A stretch of 64,000 nt of DNA from an uncultured delta proteobacterium (GTDB lineage: Bacteria > Desulfobacterota > Desulfobulbia > Desulfobulbales > BM004), in the NCBI GenBank assembly GCA_963783905.1, contig CAWAPG010000007.1:197281-261280 (forward strand). Direction: 5' to 3'. The translations under genes and the position numbers were made by a program. Positions 39,206 to 48,465 of this stretch are shown here, piece after piece. The stretch's first letter is position 1; each line of letters starts with the position of its first letter. The notes under the pieces were generated by a model. It was not told the DNA's origin. It did no database searches and saw nothing but the letters and a program-made list of their open reading frames with translations.

Positions 39206-39934
39206 ATGTTTGACTCCCTGTATCAATTTTTCGAAAAACTCGGCTATAGCCATCCACTGCATCCCACCCAGGTGAACATGCCCATAGGTCTGGTGGTGGC
39301 GGCTTTTGTCCTGCTTCTCGTATCTTTCCTCATGCGAGGCAACGGCATGGCCCGCTGCGCCCGCTACTGCGTTGCGGTCGCCCTTCTTTTCCTGATCCCG
39401 ACAATTATTGCCGGTTTCATGGACTGGCAGCATTATTTTTCCGGGGGCTGGATCTTTCCCATCAGGCTGAAAATCGGACTGGCAGTGGTTCTTGTAGTCC
39501 TACTCCTGGTGGCTTTCTTCATGAATAGAAAGAACGATGGCCCCTCTTTCTCATTACTGGTGGTTTACGGTCTCTGCCTGGCAACGATTGTTGCCCTGGG
39601 ATATCTGGGGGCCGAACTGGTCTTCGCTGCCCGCACTCCGCCTACGAATCCGGACTTTTCCGAGGGCCGGGAACTGTTTCATGGGCACTGCAGCGGCTGT
39701 CATCCCTATGGATCAAATATCGTCAATGCCAAGCATATCCTCTGGGACAATCTACGCCTTGCAAAAGAGGATTACCTGCGGGAATGGCTGCGCAAACCCG
39801 AAGAGCCGATGCCGGTTTTTTCACCCGACCGCCTTTCCGATGCGAAGGTCCAGGAACTGTACGGCTACCTCAACAGGGTATTTTATCAGAAAATTCTCCC
39901 GAATTCCGAAGAAGAAGAAAAACAGCATCATTAG
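39206..39934 (+). CDS. Membrane protein with a DUF2231-like N-terminal domain fused to a C-terminal monohaem cytochrome c
   Basis: GGAGGA upstream of ATG 39206. An HPLHP motif precedes 4 TM helices. The C-terminal domain carries CSGCH and a downstream EEPMPVF (Met ligand region). Confidence 0.75.
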   Translation: MFDSLYQFFEKLGYSHPLHPTQVNMPIGLVVAAFVLLLVSFLMRGNGMARCARYCVAVALLFLIPTIIAGFMDWQHYFSGGWIFPIRLKIGLAVVLVVLLLVAFFMNRKNDGPSFSLLVVYGLCLATIVALGYLGAELVFAARTPPTNPDFSEGRELFHGHCSGCHPYGSNIVNAKHILWDNLRLAKEDYLREWLRKPEEPMPVFSPDRLSDAKVQELYGYLNRVFYQKILPNSEEEEKQHH

Positions 39935-40040
39935 TGATTGCTGTCCCGGTCATTTTTCACCAATGGCCAATGGATTCAGCAACAGGTGATCGTATATTTT
40001 GCGGCTGATATCAGAAAGTTTCAAACGGAAAGAGAGACAG

Positions 40041-40742
40041 ATGAAGGATACTGAAGTCAGGGCAATGTTTGAGACCATTGCCGGAACCTATGACCTGCAG
40101 AACAGCTTTCTGTCGCTGCGCCGGGATATTTATTGGCGTCGGGCATTGGCCGGGGCCATCAGGTGCAACGGCCGGGGCCGTATCCTTGACGTGGCCATCG
40201 GCACCGGGGAAGTCGCCATCGAGATCTGCCGGCAGCATCCGGAAGCCCTGGTGCTCGGCATCGATTTTTCCCCGGCGATGCTGCAGGTCGGCCGCCGGAA
40301 GATAGCTGCACGGCAGCTGGACGACCGCATCCGGATCCTGGCCGGAGACGGCCGCCGGCTGCCGGTCCGTTCCGCTTCGGTGGATGCGGTGACCATAGCC
40401 TTCGGCCTCCGGAATATCGAGGAGAGGCACCTGGCGCTGCAGGAATTCCACCGCGTCCTTAAACCGGGCGGTGAACTCTTCATCATGGAATTTTCCTATC
40501 CGGACGGCCCCATACTGGGTTCTCTCTATCGGTTCTATTTTGACCATATCCTGCCGCCGGTGGGTAACTGGCTTTCCCGGACCGATTATGCCTACAGCTA
40601 TCTCTCAACCTCCGTGGATGCATTTCCAGCTGATCCTCTTTTCCTGCAGGAAATTGAAAATGCTGGATTTATCCGGCTCAACATAAAAAAACTCACCTTA
40701 GGTATCGCCAAAATATTTCACGGCGTAAAGGCGGAGCAATGA
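40041..40742 (+). CDS. ubiE: Demethylmenaquinone/ubiquinone C-methyltransferase
   Basis: FETIAGTYDLQNSFLSLRRDIYWRR and the SAM motif ILDVAIGTGE, the UbiE/MenG family pattern. Confidence 0.85.
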   Translation: MKDTEVRAMFETIAGTYDLQNSFLSLRRDIYWRRALAGAIRCNGRGRILDVAIGTGEVAIEICRQHPEALVLGIDFSPAMLQVGRRKIAARQLDDRIRILAGDGRRLPVRSASVDAVTIAFGLRNIEERHLALQEFHRVLKPGGELFIMEFSYPDGPILGSLYRFYFDHILPPVGNWLSRTDYAYSYLSTSVDAFPADPLFLQEIENAGFIRLNIKKLTLGIAKIFHGVKAEQ

Positions 40743-41335
40743 AGGTCAACTGGCCGGAAAGAATATGGGTAAACAGTTCGGTGCGGCGGCATATCCAGCA
40801 GCGGGAAGCACTTTTTTTCAAGCAATCGCGCAATCTGCCCCGCGGGGCCAGATGCCTGGAAATAGGCTGCGGCTGCGGGGTTGGAGCCCGGATTATCCAC
40901 GCGACGTTTGGACCGGCCCGGATTGACGCCCTTGACATCGACCCGGAGATGATCAGCCTGGCCCGGCGGAAACAGCACAATGGTAACTTTCTGCAGCTGC
41001 AGCTCATTGCCGGTGACGCCCAGTATCTCCCTTACCAGGATGCATGTTTCGACGGGGTTTTCAACTACGGCATCGTCCATCACCTGGAAGACTGGGAGCG
41101 GGGCATCCGCGAGGTGGCGCGGGTGCTGAAGCCCGGCGGCAGTTTCTACTTTGAGGAAATCTATCCACCGCTGTATGCGAATCTCCTTTTCCGCTACCTT
41201 CTGAAGCATCCGCGGGAAAACCGTTTTCACGGCCCTGAATTCCGTGCCTTTCTCGAAAAATGCAACCTGCGGCTGATACCTGGTTTCAAGGAATCACGAT
41301 TCGCCATCCTGGGCACGGCAGTCAAGGACGAATAA
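40739..41335 (+). CDS. Class I SAM-dependent methyltransferase
   Basis: SAM motif CLEIGCGCGVG. A 4-nt overlap with ubiE, and cydA follows 18 nt after its stop. Confidence 0.8.
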   Translation: MKVNWPERIWVNSSVRRHIQQREALFFKQSRNLPRGARCLEIGCGCGVGARIIHATFGPARIDALDIDPEMISLARRKQHNGNFLQLQLIAGDAQYLPYQDACFDGVFNYGIVHHLEDWERGIREVARVLKPGGSFYFEEIYPPLYANLLFRYLLKHPRENRFHGPEFRAFLEKCNLRLIPGFKESRFAILGTAVKDE

Positions 41336-41353
41336 ATACCCCCAAGGAGGACC

Positions 41354-42724
41354 ATGGACCTGCTCCACGATCATCTTTTTCTTTCCCGGCTCCAGTTCGG
41401 CTTCACCGCAATGTTTCATATTATCTGGCCGGTGCTGACCATCGGGCTCTCCATTTTTCTGCTGGTTCTGGAAGTACTCTGGCTGAAAACAGGAAAGCAG
41501 CTATACCGGGATCACGCCCGCTTCTGGATGCGCCTCTTTCTGCTCAATTTTGCGGTCGGGGTTGTGACCGGCATACCCATGGAATTTCAATTTGGCACCA
41601 ACTGGTCGTACTTCTCGCTGGCCGGGGGGGACATCTTCGGCCATCTCCTTGGCTTCGAGGCGTCAATGGCCTTCATGCTGGAAGCCGCCTTCCTGGGAAT
41701 CATGGCATTCGGCTGGAATCGGGTCTCGCCGGCCATGCATCTGCTGGCCACCGGCATGGTCGCACTGGGGGGATCACTGTCCGCTTTCTGGATCATGGTG
41801 GCCAATTCCTGGATGCAGACCCCGACCGGCGGTAAATTCGTCAACGGCCGCTTTATCATGACCGACAGCCTGGCCGCCATCCTCAATCCGGATGCCTATT
41901 GGGGTGTATCCCACATGTGGATTGCCTGCCTGGAAACATCGCTGTTCGTGGTAGGTGGCATCAGTGCCTGGTATCTTCTGAAAGGCCGCCGGGTTAATTT
42001 CTTTCTCAAGTCCTTCAAGATAATGATGGCGGCGGCAATCATCATCACCCCGCTGCAGATTTTTTTGGGCGATGGTTCCGGTAAATCAGTCGTCAGTGCG
42101 CAGCCGGAAAAACTTGCTGCGATCGAGGCCCACTGGCAGACCAATCCTCCCGGTACCGGGGCCGGCTGGAAAGTTATCGCCCTGCCGGACAAGAGTCAGC
42201 AGAAGAACCTGTGGAGTCTTGAGATTCCTTATGCGCTCAGCCTCATCACCACCCATTCCCTGACCGGGACGGTCAAAGGGCTGCGCGAGTTCCCGGTGGA
42301 AGATCAACCTCCAGTCATCGTACCGTTCATTGCCTTCCGGGTAATGCTCGCCATCGGCGGCGGACTGTTGGCGCTCATGCTCTGGTCGCTGTATTCCTGG
42401 CGCCGCGGCTACCTGTCACCGGAGCACATCAGAAACCAGAAATGGCTGCTGCGAGCCTGGATGGCTGCTCTGCCGCTCAGTTACGTTGCCATGGAGGCGG
42501 GCTGGATCACCCGGGAAGTTGGGCGGCAGCCCTGGATTATTTATGGTGTGCTGCGGACCCAGGAGGGGGCCAGTAAGCTGTCCGCCGGAACGGTGGGACT
42601 CTCCCTCCTCGGTTTCAGCGTTATTTATCTCCTGCTTTTTGTTTTTTTCCTGATTTTCGCCCGTTTTCTGATTCTGCAGGGACCTGCCGGCGGGGATGAA
42701 GAGAAACACCAGCGTATTCCATAA
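41354..42724 (+). CDS. cydA: Cytochrome bd quinol oxidase subunit I
   Basis: LSRLQFGFTAMFHIIWP... and the GIPMEFQFGTNW motif. 456 aa (short Q-loop form). Confidence 0.92.
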   Translation: MDLLHDHLFLSRLQFGFTAMFHIIWPVLTIGLSIFLLVLEVLWLKTGKQLYRDHARFWMRLFLLNFAVGVVTGIPMEFQFGTNWSYFSLAGGDIFGHLLGFEASMAFMLEAAFLGIMAFGWNRVSPAMHLLATGMVALGGSLSAFWIMVANSWMQTPTGGKFVNGRFIMTDSLAAILNPDAYWGVSHMWIACLETSLFVVGGISAWYLLKGRRVNFFLKSFKIMMAAAIIITPLQIFLGDGSGKSVVSAQPEKLAAIEAHWQTNPPGTGAGWKVIALPDKSQQKNLWSLEIPYALSLITTHSLTGTVKGLREFPVEDQPPVIVPFIAFRVMLAIGGGLLALMLWSLYSWRRGYLSPEHIRNQKWLLRAWMAALPLSYVAMEAGWITREVGRQPWIIYGVLRTQEGASKLSAGTVGLSLLGFSVIYLLLFVFFLIFARFLILQGPAGGDEEKHQRIP

Positions 42725-42917
42725 ATATCATGTCCCGGCGCAATTTACGACAATATATGGTAATAATGAAGCGGTACCATAAACAGAATGAACGGCACAA
42801 GGCGTGCCTCTTTTTATCGGCCAAAGCCAATGTCTGCTCCGGATAACTGCGACATCCATTACCGGGAGCCGGGTCGGTGAACCCCACCACGGTTTAACTG
42901 CTTCAGGGAACTTTGAT

Positions 42918-43943
42918 ATGGCCATTATCGAATCAAACCTCGCTGATATCTGGCTGCTGCTCATCGGATTTTTTCTGCTTTACTATGCAATTACCGACGG
43001 CGCCGGACTGGGAATCGGCATCTGGTCGCTGACGAGCCGGGACAAAAAAACGCGGCAGACGATGATGGGCAGCATCGGTCATACCTGGCATGCCAGCCAA
43101 ACCTGGCTTGTCATTCTCGGCGGCATGCTTTTCGGGGCCTTTCCCCTCTTTTATTCCATTGTCCTGTCCGCCCTGTACATCCCCATCCTGCTCATGCTGC
43201 TTGGTCTTGTTTTCCGCGGCGTATCATTTGACTTTCATGAACGGTCCCGCCACAAATCCTTCTGGCTTTATGTTTTCGGGTTCGGAAGCCTTATTGTCAC
43301 CCTGGCGCAGGGCTTTGCCCTCGGCGGTCTGCTCGAGGGCCTGGATATCCGGGGCAGCCATTTTGCCGGTTCGGTCTGGAGCTGGGCGACCCCGTATTCG
43401 GCACTTGTGGCTGCCGGTCTTTTTTTCGGCTACCTGATGCTGGGCGCTAATTACCTGATCGCCAGAACCACGGATAATCTCCAGGAAAAGAGCTACCGGT
43501 TTGCCTGGGCTGCCGGACTGCTGACCCTGGTCGTCACCTCGGCAGTACATGTCCTGACCGGTGTGCAGCATCCCGAAATGGCTGATAAAATGCGGCTGTC
43601 TTCGGGAATATACCTGCCGCTCATGCTTACCCTGACAGGCATCAGCTTTATCATGTTTTTCCACAGTTTGTTCAAGCGACACCAACTCGCTCCCTATTTC
43701 TGGAACAGCAGTATAATCATCCTCTCTTTCGCCGCCCTTTCCATCGGCCTCTATCCGAATATGATTCCCGGAACGGAGTCATCAGCCTTGACCGTGCAGG
43801 CCGCCGCCGCCTCACCCCTGACCCTGAAATTCATGCTGATCATGACTGTAATTCTTCTTCCCATCATCTTAGCTTATACCTCCTACAGTTATTGGATATT
43901 CCGTGGCAAAACAGATGACAGCGGCTATGAACAGAATGAATGA
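42918..43943 (+). CDS. cydB: Cytochrome bd quinol oxidase subunit II
   Basis: The N-terminus LADIWLLLIGFFLLYYAITDGAGLGIG is typical of CydB. ATG 42918 is chosen; the track ORF from 42804 adds a non-hydrophobic extension. Confidence 0.9.
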   Translation: MAIIESNLADIWLLLIGFFLLYYAITDGAGLGIGIWSLTSRDKKTRQTMMGSIGHTWHASQTWLVILGGMLFGAFPLFYSIVLSALYIPILLMLLGLVFRGVSFDFHERSRHKSFWLYVFGFGSLIVTLAQGFALGGLLEGLDIRGSHFAGSVWSWATPYSALVAAGLFFGYLMLGANYLIARTTDNLQEKSYRFAWAAGLLTLVVTSAVHVLTGVQHPEMADKMRLSSGIYLPLMLTLTGISFIMFFHSLFKRHQLAPYFWNSSIIILSFAALSIGLYPNMIPGTESSALTVQAAAASPLTLKFMLIMTVILLPIILAYTSYSYWIFRGKTDDSGYEQNE

Positions 43944-44158
43944 TCCCGGGGATCGCCATTACGAATATGCAGGTAAACCGGATGACTGGCAATTTCCACC
44001 CGGAATTTTCGGGCTTGTAAAGTAAATATTAAAAATGATAGATTCTTGAAACAGTGTATTTTGTTCCATTTTGAACGCTATTATTCCCAGGTCAGCCCGG
44101 CGCTCAGGCCCATTTCATGGTACGCCAATCGGCTGGCAGATAAAGAGTATCTGCATGC

Positions 44159-45943
44159 ATGGTTGATATAACTCGCAGAGGATTTCTGAAAATCATCGGT
44201 CTGGCCGCCACATCGGCGACCATGGGTTGTTCAGCTGATTCGGCCAGAAAGCTGCTGCCCTATATCATCCCGGCCGAAGATATAATTCCCGGGGAAGACA
44301 CCTGGTATGCCACCACCTGCCGCGAATGTCCGGCCGGCTGCGGTATGCTGGCAAAAAACCGCGACGGCAGAATCATCAAGGTGGAGGGAAATCCGGCCCA
44401 CCCGGTCAACAGAGGGGCTCTCTGTCCCAGAGGGCAGGCCTCTCTGCACGGCCTTTACAACCCGGACCGCTTCACCGGCCCGAAGCTTAAGGAAGACGAC
44501 GTTCTCAGAAAAACTGACTGGGAGACCGGGCAGGGGCAGTTTGCCGAATATCTCAAGGAAGTGCGGGCAAAAGGCCAGGGCAAACGAATTGTCTTTCTCA
44601 CCGGCCTGGTTACCGACACCATGCAGGAGTTGATCACAGCCTGGCTGCATGCCTGCGGCGGCGGCCTCCACCTGATGTATGAGCCATTGGCCTACGAACC
44701 CCTCCGCGCCGCAAACCGCATCGTTTTCGGCACCCAGGATATCCCCTCATACCGTATCGACGAAGCTGATTTTCTCATCTCTTTCGGTACAGGTTTTCTT
44801 GAAACCTGGCTGTCAAACGTAGAATATGCCCGCCGGTTTGCCACTTTCCATGAGATGCACGGGGACAGCAAGAACTTCTTTGTCTACATCGGAGCCCGAA
44901 GGTCAATGACTGCCGCCAGCGCCGATTTTCAGATCATTGTCGAGCCGGATGAAGAATGGCGGCTGGCTGCAGCGCTCCTGGAAACATTGCTGACAGAGGC
45001 GAAAATTTCCGGTTTTCCTCTTGAACCACAGCTGACGAGCGCCTGCGAAAAAGCCTTGGCCGCTGTCTCCGGCCGCCTGGAATCCACCACTGTCCCCAGC
45101 GCCACCCTGCGGCTGATTGCCCACCGCTTTCTGCAGGCCGAACGCCCCCTGGTGCTGGCCGGGGGATCAGGATACGACACCCCGCAGGCCACCCTGACCG
45201 CCATTGGCGCCAACCTTATGAACCAGCTCAAACCCGGCAGCCGTGAGCTTATCGATTTCCGGTCCTCATCTTCCCTGAGCCGGGCTGCTACCGGGCAGGA
45301 ATTAAAGGTGCTGTGCGACGAGATGGCGCGGGGCGGCATCGATCTTCTGCTGATCCATGAAGCAAATCCCGTATTCGGTCTGGCCTCCTCCTGGAAATTC
45401 CAGGAATGTCTGAAACAGGTAGGCAAGATAGTCTGCTTCTCCGCCTGTCCGGATGAAACCACCGATTATGCCGATCTCGTCCTGCCGGCCGCCACTCCGC
45501 TTGAGTCCTGGGGGGATTATTCACCGCAAAAAAACATTACCGGCCTGATGCAGCCCCTGATGGGTAAGCTCTTCGACTGCAGGGAACTGGGCAATATACT
45601 CCTGCAGAGCAGCAGAGCGGCAGGATGCGGGGAGCGGCTGATCTGGTCCGATTTTTTTACGCTGCTGCAGGAAAGATGGCGATCCCGGCAGCAGGATGCT
45701 GCTCCTGCTTCAGACTTTGCCCCATTCTGGCACCAGGCCTTGCAGCAGGGAGGCAGCTGGCCGGAAAACAGCCGGGAGGATACTGCGCCGGCTCTTGCTG
45801 CTGATTTTAATTTTGTATTCCCCGAACCGGGCCGCAAGACGCAAAACGGCCGGAGCTATCCCCTCGTTCTTTTTCCGACCATCCAGTTTTTTGACGGGCG
45901 GGGGCAAATCGTCCCTGGCTGCAGGAATTGCCCGACCCGGTGA
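44159..45943 (+). CDS. actB: Alternative complex III subunit ActB, N-terminal molybdopterin-oxidoreductase-like part (frame broken at 45900-45904)
   Basis: Tat signal TRRGFLK and FeS motif CRECPAGCG...CPRG. The molybdopterin-oxidoreductase fold ends abnormally 14 codons after a G5 run. Confidence 0.85.
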   Translation: MVDITRRGFLKIIGLAATSATMGCSADSARKLLPYIIPAEDIIPGEDTWYATTCRECPAGCGMLAKNRDGRIIKVEGNPAHPVNRGALCPRGQASLHGLYNPDRFTGPKLKEDDVLRKTDWETGQGQFAEYLKEVRAKGQGKRIVFLTGLVTDTMQELITAWLHACGGGLHLMYEPLAYEPLRAANRIVFGTQDIPSYRIDEADFLISFGTGFLETWLSNVEYARRFATFHEMHGDSKNFFVYIGARRSMTAASADFQIIVEPDEEWRLAAALLETLLTEAKISGFPLEPQLTSACEKALAAVSGRLESTTVPSATLRLIAHRFLQAERPLVLAGGSGYDTPQATLTAIGANLMNQLKPGSRELIDFRSSSSLSRAATGQELKVLCDEMARGGIDLLLIHEANPVFGLASSWKFQECLKQVGKIVCFSACPDETTDYADLVLPAATPLESWGDYSPQKNITGLMQPLMGKLFDCRELGNILLQSSRAAGCGERLIWSDFFTLLQERWRSRQQDAAPASDFAPFWHQALQQGGSWPENSREDTAPALAADFNFVFPEPGRKTQNGRSYPLVLFPTIQFFDGRGQIVPGCRNCPTR

Positions 45944-47106
45944 CCCAGACCACATGGGGTGGATGGGTCGAAATGCATCCGCAGACTGCGGCTCGGCTCA
46001 AGGTCGCCAAGAATGATGTGGTCCGGCTCAGCACCCAACATGGGGCCATCGAGGTGCCGGTTCTTCCCATCCCCAGCGTACCGGTTGGCGTAGTAGCCCT
46101 GCCAGTCGGCCAGGGGCATACGGTTTACGGCCGCTACGCCACGGACCTGCCGGCCAACCCTCTCGTTCTTCTGCCGCCTGAAATCGATGCGCTTTCCGGC
46201 GCCATTAAACCGGCAGCCGCAGTCACGATAGAAAAAATCTCCCTGCGCTATGCCATAGCCAATACCGACGGCAGCTACTTTCAGGCGGGCAGGAATCTGG
46301 CCCAGAGTGAAGCCCTCGCCTCCTATGTCAAGGCGGTAGCCGCCGGCCGTGCTCCGGATGTCGATATGCCCATGCCGAGCGGTTTCGAGCGGAGCCGGGA
46401 TATTTATCCGGCCCATACCCACAAGGATTTCCGCTGGTGCATGGTGGTGGACCTTGACCGCTGCATCGGCTGTGGAGCCTGCGTGGTTGCCTGTTACGCG
46501 GAAAATAATGTAGCCATTGTGGGACGCGAACAGGTACTCAGGCAGCGGGAAATGTCATGGCTGCGCATCCAACGTTACTTTGATGGGAGCACCATACGCT
46601 ACCTTCCCATGCTCTGCCAGCATTGCGACGAGGCGCCCTGCGAGTCGGTCTGCCCAATTTTTGCGCCGCAGCACAGCGCCGAAGGCCTCAACAACCAGGT
46701 GTATAACCGCTGTTTCGGCACCCGTTTCTGTTCCCAGAACGATCCATACAAGGTCCGCCGTTTCAACTGGTTTACCTTTACCAGGCCTACTCCCCTGGAC
46801 TGGCAGCTCAATCCCGATGTCACCGTACGCCAGAAGGGGGTTATGGAAAAATGTTCTTTCTGTGTGCAGCGGATTGTGGCTGCCAAATTCAAGGCAAAAA
46901 AAGAAGGGCGCAGACTCGGCGATGGGGAATTCACTACAGCCTGCGCCCAGACCTGCCCGGTCGGCGCCCTGACCTTTGGCAGCCTGAAGGATCCCGACAG
47001 CCGTGTCACGCAAATGATCTGCGACCCCAGGGCTTACCAGGTCCTGCGTTACCTGAATACCAAACCGGCGGTCATATATTTAAAAAAACTCACCCAGGAG
47101 CTGTAG
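45928..47106 (+). CDS. actB: Alternative complex III subunit ActB, C-terminal part (end of pterin-like domain plus 4Fe-4S domain)
   Basis: The frame is open from 45895 and encodes ANRPWLQELPDPVTQTTWGGWVEMHP..., which continues the upstream ORF. PsrB-type clusters are present (CIGCGACVVAC, CQHCDEAPCESVCP, KCSFC). Confidence 0.85.
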   Translation: MPDPVTQTTWGGWVEMHPQTAARLKVAKNDVVRLSTQHGAIEVPVLPIPSVPVGVVALPVGQGHTVYGRYATDLPANPLVLLPPEIDALSGAIKPAAAVTIEKISLRYAIANTDGSYFQAGRNLAQSEALASYVKAVAAGRAPDVDMPMPSGFERSRDIYPAHTHKDFRWCMVVDLDRCIGCGACVVACYAENNVAIVGREQVLRQREMSWLRIQRYFDGSTIRYLPMLCQHCDEAPCESVCPIFAPQHSAEGLNNQVYNRCFGTRFCSQNDPYKVRRFNWFTFTRPTPLDWQLNPDVTVRQKGVMEKCSFCVQRIVAAKFKAKKEGRRLGDGEFTTACAQTCPVGALTFGSLKDPDSRVTQMICDPRAYQVLRYLNTKPAVIYLKKLTQEL

Positions 47107-47112
47107 GCGAAA

Positions 47113-48465
47113 ATGAGTCAACCGGCAGGCAATATGACCTACCGTCAGATCAACGACAAGATTCTGGGAACCCTGACCAGTCCTTCGCGGGCCTATTACG
47201 GCTGGCTCGCCCTCTGTTTCACCGGGGTTCTTATCGGTGGGGTCTGCTGGGCTTACCAGATTGCAACCGGCCTTGGCGCCGCCGGCATCAATCATCCAGT
47301 CAACTGGGGTACATACCTGATAAACTTCGTCTTCTGGGTCGGGATAGCCCATTCGGGGACACTGATCTCCGCCATCCTCTATCTGTTCAAGGCTCCATGG
47401 CGAACCCCTCTGGCCCGCAGCGCCGAGGCCATGACCGTGTTCGCGGTGTCCATCGCCGGCCTTTTTCCTTTTATTCACCTGGGCCGGGTCTGGATAGTCT
47501 ACTGGATCCTGCCCTACCCGAATCAGCGTAATCTCTGGCCCAACTTCCAGTCGCCGCTTCTCTTTGACGTCATAGCCATTTCCACCTATCTGACCGTCAG
47601 CCTGCTTTTCTGGTATACCGGGCTAATCCCGGACCTGGCCGTCATCAGGGACCGGGCCAATGGATTGCGCCGAAAGCTTTACGGCTTCTTCTCACTGGGG
47701 TGGACCGGCTCCCACCGGCAATGGCATCATTACGGCTGGGCCTATCTGCTTTTTGCCGCCCTGGCGACCCCGCTGGTTGTTTCCGTCCACAGCGTCGTGT
47801 CCTGGGATTTTGCCCTGGGCATAGCTCCCGGCTGGCACAGCACCATATTCGCCCCCTACTTCGTAGCTGGAGCCATCCACTCCGGCCTGGCCATGGTCCT
47901 GACGCTCCTCATCCCGCTACGCCGCATCCTGGGATATGAGGAGATTATCTCCCCCGCTGCCCTTGAAAACGTTGCCAAAACCATCGTCTTCACCGGACTT
48001 ATCGTCGGCTATTCTTATATAACCGAGGGTTTCATCGCCTGGTACTCCGGCAATGTCGTGGAAAAGGGCATATTCCACTGGCGGGCCGTGGGACATTACG
48101 CCCCGCTTTTCTGGCTCATGGTATTCTGCAATACACTAGCACCGCTGGCCTTCTATTTCAAAAGGGTCCGCACCAGCATCCCGGCACTTTTCATCATTTC
48201 CATCCTTATCAACATAGGCATGTATTACGAGCGTTACGTGATCATCCTCTCATCCCCTGCCCATGGCTTTGATCCCTATTCCTGGGGGCTCTACCAGGGA
48301 CCGACCTGGGTGGAATACGGTATTATTCTCGGTTCGTTCAGTCTTTTCTTCTTTCTGTTCCTCCTGTTCGTCAAGTTCCTGCCCGTGGTTTCCATAACCG
48401 AGTTGAAGGAAGACCTGCCGCTGCCGCAGCGCCATGCCAAAGCAGTAACCTGGAGAAAACCATGA
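47113..48465 (+). CDS. actC: Alternative complex III membrane subunit ActC (NrfD/PsrC family)
   Basis: 450 aa, about 10 TM helices, with the NrfD-like motifs WGTYLINFVFWVGIAHSGTLISA. Confidence 0.88.
   Translation: MSQPAGNMTYRQINDKILGTLTSPSRAYYGWLALCFTGVLIGGVCWAYQIATGLGAAGINHPVNWGTYLINFVFWVGIAHSGTLISAILYLFKAPWRTPLARSAEAMTVFAVSIAGLFPFIHLGRVWIVYWILPYPNQRNLWPNFQSPLLFDVIAISTYLTVSLLFWYTGLIPDLAVIRDRANGLRRKLYGFFSLGWTGSHRQWHHYGWAYLLFAALATPLVVSVHSVVSWDFALGIAPGWHSTIFAPYFVAGAIHSGLAMVLTLLIPLRRILGYEEIISPAALENVAKTIVFTGLIVGYSYITEGFIAWYSGNVVEKGIFHWRAVGHYAPLFWLMVFCNTLAPLAFYFKRVRTSIPALFIISILINIGMYYERYVIILSSPAHGFDPYSWGLYQGPTWVEYGIILGSFSLFFFLFLLFVKFLPVVSITELKEDLPLPQRHAKAVTWRKP

Noticed and set aside
42730-42846. 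38-codon ORF in the cydA-cydB spacer as a CydX-like subunit
   Set aside because: The predicted peptide is strongly basic and has no hydrophobic helix, unlike CydX/CydS.
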